A stretch of DNA of 64,000 nt from Eledone cirrhosa. Lineage: Eukaryota. Made by a program: the position numbers and the translations under genes. The stretch is from positions 411,680,001 through 411,744,000 of the forward strand of contig OZ024741.1 of assembly GCA_964016885.1 (NCBI GenBank). Direction: 5' to 3'. Under the pieces are notes generated by a model, which made no database searches, was not told where the DNA came from, and worked only from the letters and a program-made list of their open reading frames with translations. Shown piece after piece: positions 63,262 through 64,000 of this stretch (position 1 is its first letter; every line of letters begins with the position of its first letter).

Positions 63262-64000
63262 CCTTAGTCCCGAGCTCTCATACAAAACTCTTTAGTCCTG
63301 AGCTCTCTCATACAAAACTCTTTAGTCCTGAGCTCTCTCATACAAAACTCCTTAGTCCTGAGCTCTCTCATACAAAACTCCTTAGACCCTAGCTCTCTCA
63401 TACAAAACTCCTTAGTCCCTAGCTCTCTCATACAAAACTCTTTAGTCCTGAGCTCTCTCATACAAAACTCCTTAGTCCCTAGCTCTCTCATACAAAACTC
63501 CTTAGTCCCTAGCTCTCTCATACAAAACTCTTTAGTCCTGAGCTCTCTCATACAAAACTCCTTAGTCCCTAGCTCTCTCATACAAAACTCCTTAGACCCT
63601 AGCTCTCTCATACAAAACTCTTTAGTCCTGAGCTCTCTCATACAAAACTCCTTAGTCCCTAGCTCTCTCATACAAAACACCTTAGTCCCTAGCTCTCTCA
63701 TACAAAACTCTTTAGTCCTGAGCTCTCTCATACAAAACTCCTTAGACCCTAGCTCTCTCATACAAAACTCCTTAGTCCCTAGCTCTCTCATACAAAACTC
63801 TTTAGTCCTGAGCTCTCTCATACAAAACTCCTTAGACCCTAGCTCTCTCATACAAAACTCTTTAGTCCTGAGCTCTCTCATACAAAACTCCTTAGTCCCT
63901 AGCTCTCTCATACAAAACTCTTTAGTCCTGAGCTCTCTCATACAAAACTCCTTAGACCCTAGCTCTCTCATACAAAACTCCTTAGTCCCTAGCTCTCTCA
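63262..64000. repeat. 30-bp minisatellite, running off the right edge
   Basis: Unit AGCTCTCTCATACAAAACTCCTTAGTCCCT. Confidence 0.96.

Noticed and set aside
63264-63971. 235-aa MRELGTKEFC repeat ORF
   Set aside because: 30-bp minisatellite within a SLU7 intron, with no similarity to SLU7 protein.

Overview
Repeat-rich animal genomic DNA, probably an octopus or other cephalopod (inferred from the SINE and LINE families, not proven). Two intron-containing genes lie on the minus strand. The first is the last nine coding exons of the splicing factor SLU7 (56007 to 35504; its 5' part is beyond the right edge). The second is the first four coding exons of N-acetyl-D-glucosamine kinase NAGK (18827 to 4078; it continues past the left edge). 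All exons were read by hand; their splice sites are GT-AG and the phases are consistent. Introns and intergenic DNA hold about a dozen different minisatellites and nested mobile elements: a Tx1/L1-type LINE, a TTAA piggyBac-like MITE carrying a 72-bp array, CRE-like, RTE and CR1 LINEs, a Gypsy element inserted in an RTE RT motif, and many tRNA-derived SINEs. The most unusual observations are: a 7.2-kb array made of about 175 copies of a SLU7 3' splice site; a Tx1 LINE sitting in the internal repeat of a TTAA element; a CR1 inserted antisense into its own family inside a SLU7 intron; and recurrent fold-back hairpins at retroelement ends in (TA)n tracts.
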